Part shown: positions 11,277 to 24,369 of the stretch, in pieces | How the letters are laid out: the number at the start of each line of letters is the position of its first letter | Numbering within the stretch: position 1 is the stretch's first letter | Assembly: GCA_964106915.2 (NCBI GenBank) | Contig: OZ066928.1 | Length of the DNA stretch: 64,000 nt | Source of the DNA: Podarcis gaigeae | Taxonomy: Eukaryota | Reading direction: 5' to 3' (one strand) | Made by a program: the position numbers and the translations under genes | Notes under the pieces: model-generated | What the model was told of the DNA's origin: nothing | Seen by the model: the letters and a program-made list of their open reading frames with translations, nothing else | Database searches by the model: none

Positions 11277-14200
11277 CTGCCAAGAGAAGAAATCAGAATA
11301 TCACCAAAATAGCAAAGCAGGCTTTAAAAACAACACTATGAAAGATTGGAATGGTGTTGTTAGTGAAGGTCAGCTCCTTGATGTAAGGAGAGCCTTGAGA
11401 GATTAGGCATATGCCCATCTAGTCAAGCATCCTGTTCCCGGAATTACCAATCGGATGTCCTAGAGCAGGGGTTTTCAACCAGTGTGTCTTGGCACTCTGA
11501 GGTGCCTTGGAATGATAGGGGCACCACAAGCCACACTGGCCTCTGCCCCTCCTTCCTTCCCTCCCTTCTCTGATGCCCTCTCTGTTTGTTGCAGCCGCCC
11601 TGGCTATAAGCTCCCCAGGTGAATGGTGCCTCTGCCAGGGGGTACTGGTTATACCAGGAGCTAAGGCGGACTAGGCAAGCAAGTGGGTGAGGGAACCCAG
11701 CCAGCCAGTCTACCAGCCCCTGCTGTTGGGAATGGATGGACAAGTGGGAGGCCAGGCAGGCAGGCGTTGCACTAACCTTTCTTGTGCTTGTCTGGAATAA
11801 CTGCCTGGGAGCTGTGTCCGGAGCCAAAGGGGAGCCTTTCCACCATGCAGGCAGAAATGCTCTGAATGCCCTGAGATCTTTGGATGAAGGGTGGTATACT
11901 GATTTAATAAATGTAAATAAATGAATAAAGGAGAAGAACTTTGACATGTGAATAAGAAGAGCATGTGGCCCACCATCCTGTTCTCATTGTGCCCAACCAG
12001 ATGCCTCTGGGAAGCCTACAAAAAGGACCTGGGTGCAACAATATCCTCCTACCCCCTTGTGATTCAGAGTTAGTACATAGCCGCCATGGGTGGTAGCCAT
12101 TGATTACCTTCTCTGTGAAACCAGGAGTGGTGGAAGAATTATCATGCAAGGTTGAATATTGGTGACGCCTCCCCAACAGGGAAACTGGGACAGAGACAGA
12201 ATCTGGCAAGTTTTTGGGAGGCTGGTGGCTGTGCCACCGACACAAGCAAAGTGATGGTGACAGGGATGCTTAGATTCCTTTCCAAGGTGCCATAGCTGAG
12301 CTGGGAGGGGGAGGCTTCTGGCTCATGGACCTCATTAGCCGCAGCAACCTGCCCAAAATTTGATATCATATATGATACCAGGTGTGTCTTTGGGCAAAGA
12401 CAGGTTTGCAAACACCAACAAATGGCTAATTAGAAGCTGCAGTTGTGTCTGGTACTCACAGACAAGGAATGGAAAACATGATGTGGGAGCCTCTGATAAA
12501 AGGCAAGTACAGGGAGAGAACAGAAAGCTCCACCCACGCACCTGTACCATGAAATGAAGGGGGAGACAGAAAATAGATGCTCTGTTACTTCCCCTCCTCC
12601 CGCCAGAGGCCACAAAGAATCACCATGAGAACGGAGTATGTTTTTCAACCCTGGGACATCCGAGCTTTTGAAATTATTCACTGGTGTAATGCAGTACAGG
12701 ATCATGTTGACCCGCTTATTTTATTAGGAGCCTTACAGAGTATCAGAACAAGTCAATGGATATTTGTTAGGCAGATTTGTTCTATGACTTCTATTTATGT
12801 ATTTTTCATAATCATAATAACAACAACAGCTACTACTATTTTGCTCCATAAATATTTGGGCTGTAAGCAATAGACTCTGTTGTATCACATATGTATACAT
12901 CTCTGCTGCCCACTGCACAAACCTTCCAATAAACAAATAAAAAAGAAATATTTTTTTATGTGCAAGTTTTAAAGCAACAGATTGAGCTGGAAACAGGATG
13001 GAACAGATTTATGAGTGAAACCCTTCAAAGCAGAAGCTTTGATAATTGATATTAATCATTGGAATATTCCATGCCATGAGCAACAAGATGCTGCTGCTTC
13101 TCTGTGGAACTTGCTAGCAGCCTGCTTTTTGTTTTTGTTACTTGCTGCTGCTTTTTGTTTTACCAAGGAAGATATGGAGATGCTTTCCATAACTCAGTGG
13201 CAGAACTCTGGCTTTGCAGGGAGAAGGTGCTAAGTTCAATCCCCGTCATCTCCAGTTTAAAGGAACTCAGATAGCTAAGCTGATAAATTGTTCTGCCACG
13301 GAGATACTGCCTGCAGCAGATAGTACCAGACAATATAGGCAAGTTATAGGGAAGTAATATAATGGCAGCATCATGGGTCCCTGGAACACAATCTGCAAGC
13401 TATATATTGTTCATTTCCTTGTGGTGGCTTGCATAAAGAATACATGATTCCTTCTTAACCACGGTTAGAAGAGTAGCTCAGGGTTCTTTCACATATTGCA
13501 CAATACTTCAATGTCAGTGGGGCTGAAAAGTGATGTGTGATGGGACAGTTTCTGAGAATGCTGGGCATTGGAACCTTCAGATCAACCTTCATCAACTTGG
13601 TGACCTCCATATGTTTTGGACTACAAATCTAGCTCTGGCTGTGCATAGTGGGAGTCCTTGTGCAAAACATTTAGAGAGCAGCAAGTTTGTACCCTTCCTC
13701 AGACAAAAATAGGGGCTTTTCTCACTCACTTCCCACTCCCTACTGACCCTTCTCAACCACCCTACATTTTTTGTGTCCCACCTCTAAAGCATTTCCAATC
13801 AGAAGGAGGGCGGGTTTCACCACCACTAGACCAATGGGACACAGCACACACACTCTACACTGTCCTAAGGAAACCCCTTAATCCCGATTTTATTTTATTC
13901 TTCGGTAGATTTACAAAAAAGAAATTCGCACACAAGTAAATTTTTAGAAAGCGGCAAGATTAGAATGAACACACAAAGCATTTTTTTTTTTAAGAAAAAG
14001 AAAAATCGACTCCTTGCACTCTACTCTCGCTTTCTTACTACCCAGGGTGGTCGTGCCCTCTGCCTGCCCATCAGAGCTGACATGTCACAAAGGGCTGCGC
14101 TTCCGCAGTGGAAGCTTCCCCTGCTCCTTCTCCTCCTCACATGCTTTACAGCAGCTGCCATGAGCTGCCCAAGGAAGGAAGCTGGCAGCAGCAGCCATGG

Positions 14201-16606
14201 AGCGGCAACGGATGCTCCCTCACAACCGCAGCTGCCAACACTGTCATAGCGCATGGGACAAGCGCCGGTTCATCTACTAAAATTAAGTTTCTTCCTAGAG
14301 ACACTTGAAAATCTCTGGGGATCATCAGTTCAGGTTTTGGTTGACTGTTATTGTTGTATTGATTGGTTTTCTTTTCCTTAAAATAAAAATTATACGAACT
14401 TCAAAAATATACACACATTCCAGATTTTCTCTAAAAAAACCAAACCAAACAAAATATGCCAAAACAAACACATCTAACTCTGGGTTGCCTCCATCATTGC
14501 TGCAGATTGGCCCCTGTTTATGGAAGCTGACAAAGTCCAAACAATATTTTTCAGGGAAGTCCCAAGGGCAGTGCCAGTACTCTTAATAAATTACGTCAGT
14601 TAGTAATCTATAGCTTTCCCTAGGTCACTGGCAGAGATCAGCCCAAGACCTATCTGTTGGTAGGAGAGATAAAATTCTTCTATATGTTGCATAATGCAAC
14701 TTGTTGTGCCTGTTCCTTGGAAACAGCTCAGATAAGATAGCTTCTCTGAAAGCAACAAACCACAATTTCTGGTTCCATATTTCAAGAGGCAAATTGTATG
14801 ATTAGTTTTCCAGCTCAATATATGTTTTAATATGTACCCTGCTTTGAGACGGAGAAGGATGCACATCCAATTTTGTCTAAGAGGAACTGGTACATACCAG
14901 CTTTTAAATGTCCTGGAGCATCAGAGCAAGAGCTCTTTGCACAGAAAGCTATAGGTGCGCCACTTGCTATTCTAAGAGCTGTTCTGCTTGCAAAATATAC
15001 ACCTTGCCTTAATCACTGGAATACTGATAGCTAATGACAACAATTAAAAGGGGTAATTCAGTATTAAAACAGGAAGATAAATAGATAAAACTGCTGACAG
15101 AATAGCATGGTTTTAAACCAGTAGAAGAGAGTGGTGGAGGGGTCAGAAATAATAGAAACTGCATCCATTTTTTCAAAATGCTAATTAAAGGACTGCTTTC
15201 TCTGCCTGGCTATCTCCTTGATTGCATTTGGGCAACAAATAAAGGGCTAAATTAGATGTGATGTTAAATGTGTTATTTGACCGAATGTGCTTGTAAAAAA
15301 TAAATAAATGTATATGGGTGTGGGTGGAAGGCAGGAAAAGCACTCAGGATCGCAATGATCGTGGGCAAAGAGGAGGGGTTTGTCTTTATTAGCAAACATT
15401 AACAGCACAGACCAGTGGATGTTTATTCAGAAGGAAGTCCCACCGAGTTCAATGGGGATTACCAACCAGAGAGAGCCAGTGTGGTCTAGAACCTGAAAAA
15501 CCAGGGTTCATAATCCCCATGAAGTTTTCTGAGCAACCTTAGAACAGCTATAGTCTCTCAGCCTAACCTACATCACAAGGTTGTTGTCAGAAGAAGCGTA
15601 CATGTTACCTTGAGCTTGTTAGAGGAAAGTGGGGTGGGGATATAAATTTAATGAAATGAAATGAAATAAACTTGGCTGTGCTGTAATAGTCCAGCACCGT
15701 CAGCCCTCCCTGCTCCCTCAGCTGGTCCCTGGGGGAAGCCATTTCATCAGACATCCTGACTGGGAGAGACAGGAAGCAGAGCATGCTTGCTGCTGTGCTG
15801 GCAGAAGTCACACTCATTAGTGTCACCCATGGCATTACAGCCCCTAAAGACTTTCTGTTTTCTTGTCTCCTTTTGTGTAAAATGAACCTATTAATTTTGT
15901 AAATGGCATTGGTTTTGCATTGGGGATTATTATGTGACTGGTTGTGGTGATTTTATGTGGCTTTGCTATCTGCTGTCCTCTTTGCTTTATACAGTATTTA
16001 AAGAGTTTTCACAAATTATGTATTATTTTAATTGCCTAGTTCATAATGTTTTATAGTGGCTCCTTTCTTATAAGCCACTCTGGGATGTTCTATGATCCTA
16101 AAAATGTTTAAATTTTCCTTCCTTCCGAAATTACCGCAATCATACTTATCTGCTAGTCTAGCAATTTATAGGATTGGACTGTGTCTCATGACAGTCCCAA
16201 GCCCAGGAGTCGCCAATGGATACAATGGCAACTTGGAGAACTCCTTAGGGTAGCTCTGGTCATCAGGTAGCAAAGGTAATTACCCTTTTCTACCTTGAGG
16301 AAAGAGTGGAAGAGTGATGTTCTTTCTCAGTTCCTCTTTCAGTGCTCAGATTAATTCTCTTGGATCCAATTTTTTACTCTGTTCCAATTTTTACCCTGAT
16401 ATTTTGGAAGAAGGAAGCATGTGTCTTTGTGTGTTTCTCTGTTCTTGTCTTTGGGTAGGGATGGGCAGATTCAGGGGAATGGGAGAAAGATAAACAGAAA
16501 GGGAGGCACCCACACAACTCACTCAAAAATCCAAATGTGTCCAATGGCCTAAAAACCGAACTTTCTTTCCCTACAGCCTCTCTTCCCTTCCCCACCCCCC
16601 TCTTAC

Positions 16607-16687
16607 TTTGATGAGACGCAGGATTTCCGTACAGTCCCGCGGTTCTGCTGGACGAACCCGGAAGCGGTTCAGAGAGCTGGCAGACAT
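16607..16687 (-). CDS. SATL1: SAT1-like acetyltransferase coding exon 1 (MSASSLNRFRVRPAEPRDCTEILRLIK)
   Basis: ATG at 16687 and donor AAA|GTAAGA. Matches the SAT1 N-terminus [22 protein letters not shown]. Confidence 0.9.
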
Positions 16688-17411
16688 CCTGAGAGCATAA
16701 AGCAGCAAGGATGCTGATCACTTCCCACAAGGGAGCTTGAGTGCTGCTGGGCCTCTCCTTGGGGGACTGACTTCATTCACCATCTCCAACGGCTATTGTT
16801 AGCCAAGGCACAAAAAATAAAAGGTGGGAAAAGATGTTATTCCTCCCCACCCTTCCCCACCCTGTTTTCTCCTTCCCCCTTTACATAGGTGGGGATTTGA
16901 CTTCCTGCTGCTGCCCAGTTTCCATCCCACCTTGTGCTTCAGTTGGTGGTTGAGCCATTAAGCATATGTGGATCATATGAAGAGTCACAATGGGATCAGT
17001 GTCACAATTCTCTACCTCCCCTAATCTCCTCCCCTTTAGTGAATTGCTTTGCACAGGTGGGAAGGAGAGGGACTCAAAGAAACAACAGAGAGGTGGGTCA
17101 ACTATTATGATAGCTTTCCATGTTCAAAAATCCTAGTGGGAGATATTTAGGCCCATCCTCATCCTTGCAGTCACCTAAGGCAAAGGTTCTCAAACAGTGG
17201 TCCACAAACCACCAGTGGCTTGTGAGCTCTGCTCAGGTGGTCCATGGAAAATCTGTGGAGTAGTCAATGATATGTTACTTTAGCACTGTGCCTGATTTTA
17301 CTTCTTCAAGATTAAGATAAGGGATGCCAGAGAATTCTGAAAGAAACAGAAACGGGAGCGGAAATTGCTGTTGTTTGTTTTACTTAATTACTTGTTTTTA
17401 TCCTGCATTTT

Positions 17412-17761
17412 GGGATTCGGGTGGCGCTGTGGTCTAAACCACAGAGCCTAGGACTTGCTGATCAGAAGGTTGGCAGTTCAAATCCCCGCAACGGGGTGAG
17501 CTCCCATTGCTTGGTCCCTGCTCCTGCCAACCTAGCAGTTCGAAAGCACATCAAAGTGCAAGTAGATAAATTCCAGCGGGAATGTAAATGGCGTTTCTGT
17601 GCGCTGCTTTGGTTCACCAGAAGCGGCTTAGTCATGCTGGCCACATGACCCAGAAGCTGTCTGCGGACAAATGCCGGCTCCATCGGCCAGTAAAGCGAAA
17701 TGAGTGCCGCAACCCCAGAGTCCGCGACTGGAGCTATTGGTCGGGAGTCCCTTTACCTTTA
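17412..17761 (+). mobile_element. Sauria SINE (second subfamily)
   Basis: A/B boxes, an ACCTTT tail and an imperfect TSD TTTAT(C/T)CTGCATTTT. Confidence 0.88.
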
Positions 17762-18400
17762 TTCTGCATTTTATTCTGTATACTGCCCTGAGATCTTATT
17801 ATGAAGGGAGAGTTAGAAAATGCCCTGGGGTATCGGCAGCCCCCCCCCCCATTCCTCCAGCTGTCCTTCGGTGAACATGGTTCTGGAAAAGCTACTGCCT
17901 TCTACTCCAGATGCTCCAGCGACACACATCATAATGATTTATGCACACTAATCTCCTGACTTTGTATAGTAATAAGCAGGAGACACCGTAGAACTAATCT
18001 ACTATTTATTTACAGACTATACACAGAGAAATGCATAATGGTTACCGTTCTCTTCAGCTCTGAGAACAAACGGGGACTGTAAAAGCAAAAGCACAGTTAT
18101 AAAAGAACATATGCAGCTGGAAGAGATAAGACTGTTTCTTCCTGTTCTCACATGCTCTCAAGATAGTCATGTGAATTGTACCAATTACAAAATGCAGCTT
18201 CGCTGGACTGATTTACTAACAGGGAGATATACAAATTTAATAAAATAAAATAGGACCAAGGGGTCCGTGGATTAAGAATTCCACAGGACATAGAATTTCC
18301 CTTGACTGTGTCTAAAGTAGCTTTTTGGCTTCTGCCAACTTAAAACATAATTCTGTTCTGACAGGCAAGTGCTTGCAGTTTTTCAGATCATGGTGCCTTT

Positions 18401-19966
18401 CATTCACAGTAGTCTGTTTTGGGTGGGTAGCTGTATGTAAGCTTTACTCCCCATTCTACTAGAGAACTACAGAACCCTTACTCCTGCCCTAAATATTTAG
18501 CTTCTTTATCACCTTGCCCACCATTTTTTCTCTTTTGCCAATTATTTTTATTGATATTCCATAATTTTAAACAAATTGTCACGAAATTAATACAAATTCA
18601 ATATAAATTTAAAAGTTGTCTTTCTACCCACCCCATATGTCCCCTCTATTTTCCTTCCTCATTTGCTGCTCTCAATAATATAACTTTCCCAACTATCATT
18701 TCATTCATCCCTTCTCCCTACACATCACCTGTTCAGTTACCAATTTCTGTTATAGCTTTTATACATTGTTATAACATGTCTTCAAAATAGTCAAGTAGAA
18801 TAAATCCTCTTCTATCTATCTCTAATAGCCATTCATCAATTTTCAAACATTTCCTTCTGATACATCTTGAGTAACACTTTGCCTGGGGGGGGGGGAAACA
18901 GACCTTGCTTCCTCACTGACAACATACACATATTCCTCCTTAATCTGGCCTTGAACATTGCTATCGGACATGTGGCCCCAGTAATGAACAACTCAGCCTC
19001 TGGCCCCCGTAGTTAACAACTCAGCCTCACGGGTGCAGTATGCAGAGAGTGAAAACGAAACCTCTAGAAACTTTTTGGTTTATATAATAGACATTCTCCC
19101 CCTCTAACGCTGCCAGTCTCCCAGCGTCACCAACCCTTCACATTTCGCCATATTTCATCCTCAATTTGACACACAAGTTCATTAATAAAGAAACACAATC
19201 CATATCTCTTCTTTTTTGTCTGAAATTCTCAAAAGCCGTCAACACACTGTGGTCCATCCTGTCCCGTTCACTGTTCTTATTTCCAACTTCAAGCTTCAGA
19301 GAGGGAGGCTGGTGTAATATTCAACAAAATCCCTGTCTCCTCTCCATCCTCCCCCTCCCCAACTAATTAATTTTCCTGCAGTCCATCTTTCCAATCCTCA
19401 GTTCCATTAGTCCTTAGTTATAAAATAAATGCAATGCAAGGAGTATCTTTAAAGTCCACTCTTCCCAAAAACTTTGCATTCCATTGCTTTAGGGGAGGGT
19501 AGATAACGCAGATCCCCCCCCCAAAAAAACCCATTACTTACAACATTGACTTCCTTTCCCCTCCAGCATAAATCAGGACCTATTTAGCAGGTTGCCTCTT
19601 CACTTGCCAATTATGTCCTAATTCAAAGGTATTCCAGAGTTTACCATGGTAGCTTGCTGGGGCTGTCCTTGGACGCAGCAATTAAGCCCAGCGCCCTTAC
19701 CTTTTCATCTAGGAGATGGGGATTTCCATCCCCGCTCACACACAAAAAAAAGTATTAACGGACGACCGTGGATTGTGTCCTTTCGATACCCTCAAAATGT
19801 TAGGGGAGACATGCCCCTTACCCAGTGCTTTTTTTCTAAAAAATAATAATAATGTTTAGCGATACTCTCATTTTCCTACACATATTGAAATATTGCCCCT
19901 CAATGAGGTCAAACTTAGATTCACAAAATGTTTAGGGATATGCGTCCCCCCAGAAAAAAATCACTG
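18401..19966 (-). repeat. Left arm of the ~1.55 kb inverted repeat (partner 33422-35040)
   Basis: Near-continuous reverse-complement match to the right arm. The arm is a composite of an L1-like 3' tail, unique-looking DNA and a terminal CAGTG...CACTG MITE (19823-19966). The outer boundary is approximate. Confidence 0.92.
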
Positions 19967-20035
19967 AATATAGCATTGTTGATTTATTTTGTATGCTATA
20001 AAAGAGCTATTAGAGGATGTGTTTTATATATTGAG

Positions 20036-20038
<3 letters not shown>

Positions 20039-20079
<41 letters not shown>
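20039..20079. repeat. (GA)n microsatellite
   Basis: Read directly from the sequence. Confidence 0.95.
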
Positions 20080-20083
<4 letters not shown>

Positions 20084-20395
20084 TGGAATATAAAACTAAA
20101 ACTCCAGGACAATGTTCAATGTTCATATATTATTTTCACTCATACAATTTGATCTCCTGCTCAAAATAGAATAGTAACCAAGGATAGCTATTAAGTTATG
20201 TAGTGCTCCTTAAACCACCATTGATGTGTGGTATTATGGAATTGTATATATATATTTATAAATATTTTATTTCTTTTGTAATTTCTAAAAATAAAAAAAT
20301 GGATCCAAATAGGTTTACCTTAGAAAAGTTAATTAGTAATTGCTTACAAGAAGGCTGCTGTAAAACAAGTTCAAACTCCAGGACCTTTGGTCTGC

Positions 20396-20402
20396 TATAA
20401 GG
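20396..20402 (+). promoter_or_regulatory. Candidate TATA box of the EGF-TM gene
   Basis: CTATAAGG lies about 105 nt upstream of the ATG. Confidence 0.5.
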
Positions 20403-20503
20403 AGAAAGAACAAGAACAAGAAATCAAAAGTGAAGGAGAATCGCAGATGGGCAGGAGAGTCCCAGAGAAGAGGATTAACTCTTGTTCTAAACAGCATCCC
20501 ACC

Positions 20504-20579
20504 ATGCTAACCTCTGGTGCTCTCTTCCTTCTCCTGGCCGTGTTGTCCAAGAGTTGGCTGACGACGGAAGCTGCAGATC
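20504..20579 (+). CDS. EGF-TM protein exon 1, signal peptide (MLTSGALFLLLAVLSKSWLTTEAAD)
   Basis: Kozak-like ACCATG, a hydrophobic core, and a phase-1 donor C|GTAAGA. Confidence 0.8.
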
Positions 20580-20708
20580 GTAAGAAACATTTGGGGCTGG
20601 TTATAGATGAGACCTAGTTGAACAAGATCCTCCTAGGTGCAAAATGCAATCCTGACTGATCCCCCTCACTTAGCAACAGTTTCCAGAGTTTCCTGGGAAA
20701 AGCGATTA

Positions 20709-21229
20709 CCGTATTTTTTGCCCTATAGGATGCACTTTCCCCCCCTCCAAAAATGAAGGGGAAATGTGGGTGCATCCTATGGGGCAAATACAGGCTTTTG
20801 CTGAAGCCTGGAGAGCGAGAGGCTCTTGCTCTCCAGGCTTCAGGAAGCTCTGCGCAACTGTGTCGGCCTCCAGAGGGTCGTGCAGAGCTGCCTGCCCTGC
20901 CGGGCTCTGCGCAGATCTGTGCGACCCTTCGGAGCCCGGCGCCAAGCTGCGCCGGGCTCCGGAAGGTTGCGCAGAGCTGCCTGCATTAGGAATCCTCAGC
21001 GCGCCCGGGCTTCGCACAGCTGTCCGCAAGCCTGGGGAGACCGGCGCGGCTGCCTAGGCTTGCGGATAGCAGGCTCTTCTGAGGGCTGGGGTCGGGGGAA
21101 GCTCGGGCTTCCCCCGCGCCAGCCCCGTGCCTGGGGGGGGAAATAATTTTTTTTCTTTATTTCCCCCCTCCCCAAAAAAACCTAGGTGTGTCCTATAGGG
21201 CGGTGCGTCCTATGGGGCGTAAAATACAG
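20709..21229. mobile_element. pogo/Tc2-like non-autonomous DNA transposon with a GC-rich interior
   Basis: TA-flanked TIRs CCGTATTTTT.GCCCTATAGGA.GCAC. Retained CpGs suggest a young insertion. Confidence 0.8.
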
Positions 21230-21337
21230 TAGTTGTTAAACTGCTCTGGGAATTGTAACTTTGTAAATAGATAAGAGTCTTCCTCGGCACCAATAACCAA
21301 CTACAGTTCTCAGGGTTCTTTGGGGGAGGGCATGACT

Positions 21338-21616
21338 GGGAGCGAGTGTGGTGTAGTGGTTAAGAGTGGTGGACTTGTAATCTGGGGAACCGGGTTCGTG
21401 TCCCCGCTCCTCCACTTGCAGCTGCTGGGTGATCTTGGGCCAGCCACACTTCTCTGAAGTCTTTCAGCCTCACTCACCTCACAGAGTGTTTGATGTGGGG
21501 GAGGAAGGGAAAGGAGAATGTTAGTCGCTTTGAGACTCCTTTGGGTAGTGATAAAGCGGGATATCAAATCCAAACTCCTCTTCTTCTTCTTCTTCTTCTT
21601 CTTCTTCTTCTTCTTC
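21338..21616 (+). mobile_element. tRNA-derived SINE (Squam3-like) with a (CTT)n tail
   Basis: TGGTGTAGTGG A-box and GGTTCG B-box; an inverted copy lies at 29104-29345. Confidence 0.8.
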
Positions 21617-23359
21617 AAGTGGTATAACACTGCTTTAGAAAATGTGGTGCACATGGGGCCTGAACTTAAGGAGTCCAATATTAATCTGCATTAAGTTAGG
21701 TTATGATTTCAGGGCAGGGCTGGGGAACTGTGCAACCCTTCAAAGGATGCTGGACTGCATCTCCCAATATCCTAGACTATTGGCCATTCTGGCTGGACGT
21801 GATGAAAATCCAGCAACGTATGAAAGGGGGACAAGTTCTCCGCCCCTGGACTTGGGGTACATCCCATTGAGCACAATGGGACTTACTTCTGGAGAAATAT
21901 GGGTAGAATTGTGCCGTCAGGCAGGGGTAGGGATGACAGACGTAGATAAGGGTGTACTGGAAGATCTCTAGATGGTGTGCAAAAGATCAACCAGGGCTTC
22001 CTCTAGACATCTGTTTGGTCACTTGTGGGGAAAAGGATACTGGACTAGGTAAGTATTTGGCTTCATCCAGCTGGAATCATCTTATGTTCTTATGTTTTTC
22101 TGACTAGCAATAGCAACAGTTAGAAAGCTTCCTAAACCAGGTTGCTGAAAGAGAACATTCAAAGGAAAAGCAGGAGTTGGCTTTTATTTGAAAGGATCTC
22201 CCAGCCCTCCCTGGACATGCCAGCGGGAACTGGACCTGGGACTTTCTACATGTAAAGCAGAGGCTCTACCAGTGAGCCATGGCTCTTCCCCTAATAACCC
22301 TAGGAAGGGAGGTACTTTAAAGTTTTCCATTAGCATCTCGAGGACAGAAAGAACAGCACTCAGGTTACCTGATCATAGTCTTCTCTGCATTAGTCATAAG
22401 TTTACATCCATACATATAAAATAGCACACAGAGATGTCATGCAGTTCTGTGTCCTCTTTTATGATAATGTGTTAATGGTCACCCTATCAACAACAGTGGT
22501 CCCTGCCAGTAATTCCGGAGGTGGATGATGATGATAATTATTAACCAGATGCAAAGGAGGTCACAGGCTTCTGATCTGCTCTCAGGTGTTTACTGGTATA
22601 CGTTTTCTCATATGCTATAGATACATCTCTTTACCTTGGCCTGTTCTTAACCCCACCCCCTATTCTTCTGATTGTAATTTGTTTTAACTGGTTTAAAATC
22701 TTTTTGTGTGGTTGTACCTCACCCTCACACCTTATGGTGTAGGTCAGGCAAATAGTAATAGTAGTAGTAGTAATAATAATAATAATAATAAACAAAAACA
22801 GAACAACAGAAGTAATTTTAGGAGGTACACCTTTGTGTATCTTTGCATCAGAGTAGTGCAAATGCACTGGCAGGAGTGTTGGATCAGCTCTGCAGGCAAG
22901 TTTTCACTGTACCAGCCTCCCTGTTGTCTCGTCCCTCCCAGCAAGCAGCAGAGACCTACCTTTCCAGAGTGATGTGGTTGCATATGGCAGCAGACCACCC
23001 TAGGTGGTTTTACTGGGATTAGTCCGGTTAAAATGAATGGATATGACTACCTGAAAGTTAGGTTATTTTAATTTCAGCAGGTCTGCTCTGAATAAAAGTT
23101 AAATACCACCCATAGTTTCTCAGTTTAGATGAAATAGGTATTGTTAATTAGAGGCTCTCTGGTTTAATTGTGGCTCGTATGAAGCAGGGAGCAAAGGTGC
23201 TTCGTGCATCGGGGCAGGTGTGTTTGTTTATATCAAATAATAATAATACGTAATAATGATAAATAATAAAGCAGGATGAAATGTTGGTGGTCCTATATAA
23301 ATCCACCACTAATGCACTGTTCTTGCACCGGTGGCATGTTGAATACCCGTTTCTGCTTC

Positions 23360-24200
23360 TTTGGCAATCACTTGTAGCCAAGTAAGATTGTCTTTCATGA
23401 ACACGGTCTTAACAGTGAGTCTGTAAGTGACTGTGGAGGCCAATTCTGGATCCACACATTCTTCCACAGTGGGGACCTAGGTTTCTGGTCAGGAGTTGAT
23501 CACAGTGTGGATTTGCCAAGTGTGCCTTCCTCTTGGCACATTTTCTCCTTTGCGTCCTGAGTTCATGCTTCTTCAAAGTCTATGACACCTTTGGTGAAGG
23601 CTGTTCTCCATTGGAGCACTCGCAGAGTTCCCAGTTATCTTTTGTTGTCCACTGGTATTTTGCTTTCCATTCTTAAGTTGGGAATATAGTAGTTGCTTTG
23701 GAAGATGATAATCAGGCACCAGAACAACATGACCAGTCTAACAAAGTTGATGTTGAAGAATCATTGCTTTGACACTGGTAATCTTTGCTTCATCCAGTAC
23801 ACTGGCATTAGTTCATCTGTCTTCCCAAGTGATCTGTAAAAAATTTCAGATGGAATCTTTCAAGGAGCTGGAGATGGCATTTATAAAAGGTTCATGTTTC
23901 ACAAGTGTACAGTAAAGTTGGTAGCACAATGGCTTGTTACTAGCATTTTGGTTTCCCTCTGAATGTCCTAGTCCTCAAACACTCTGCACTTCTATCAGGA
24001 GAAAGCTGTGCTTCTCGGAGCTCAGGCGATGCTGGATTTTGGCATCAATGTTGGCTTTTGTGGAAAGATAACTGCCTAGGTAGGAAAAGTGGTCAACTTT
24101 TTCCAACGTTACACCATTAAGTTGGAATCGTGGTGTTGCAGAGGGGTTGTTTTGTGCTTGTTGGTGCAGCACTTTGGGATTTTTTTGGATATTGAGCGAT
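23360..24200 (-). mobile_element. RTE-clade LINE 3' fragment
   Basis: Peptide NGVTLEKVDHFSYLGSYLS..NIDAKIQHRLS, frameshifted. Confidence 0.78.
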
Positions 24201-24369
24201 AGGCCAAGTGGCATGTTGAATAGCCCTGCAAAACAACTCAGGTCTGCAAGGCCCCTGAGACAAAGCAGCACTTCATTAGAATATGCTCACAAATTATCTC
24301 TATGGGTATCTTAAATTATGGTCAATATGACATTGCTATGCAGCTCAACTCTCTCCCCACTGTTTTCAG

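Larger units (their letters stand above)
1559..16687 (-). other. SATL1: SAT1-like diamine acetyltransferase gene, coding exons 1-5 (last exon outside the window); probable SATL1 orthologue
   Basis: Joined exons give [119 protein letters not shown], colinear with SAT1. The gene is head-to-head with ZNF711, as human SATL1 is. The symbol rests on synteny. Confidence 0.85.

Noticed and set aside
16620-16700. Plus-strand reading SRGSAGRTRKRFRELADILRA* as a terminal exon
   Set aside because: It is the antisense of SAT-like exon 1, which has clear homology.
17963-18221. Possible solo LTR (TG...CA ends)
   Set aside because: No TSD or partner copy could be identified, so support is insufficient.
20706-21146. 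GC-rich overlapping ORFs or a CpG island in intron 1 of the EGF-TM gene
   Set aside because: They lie entirely within a TIR-bounded DNA transposon.
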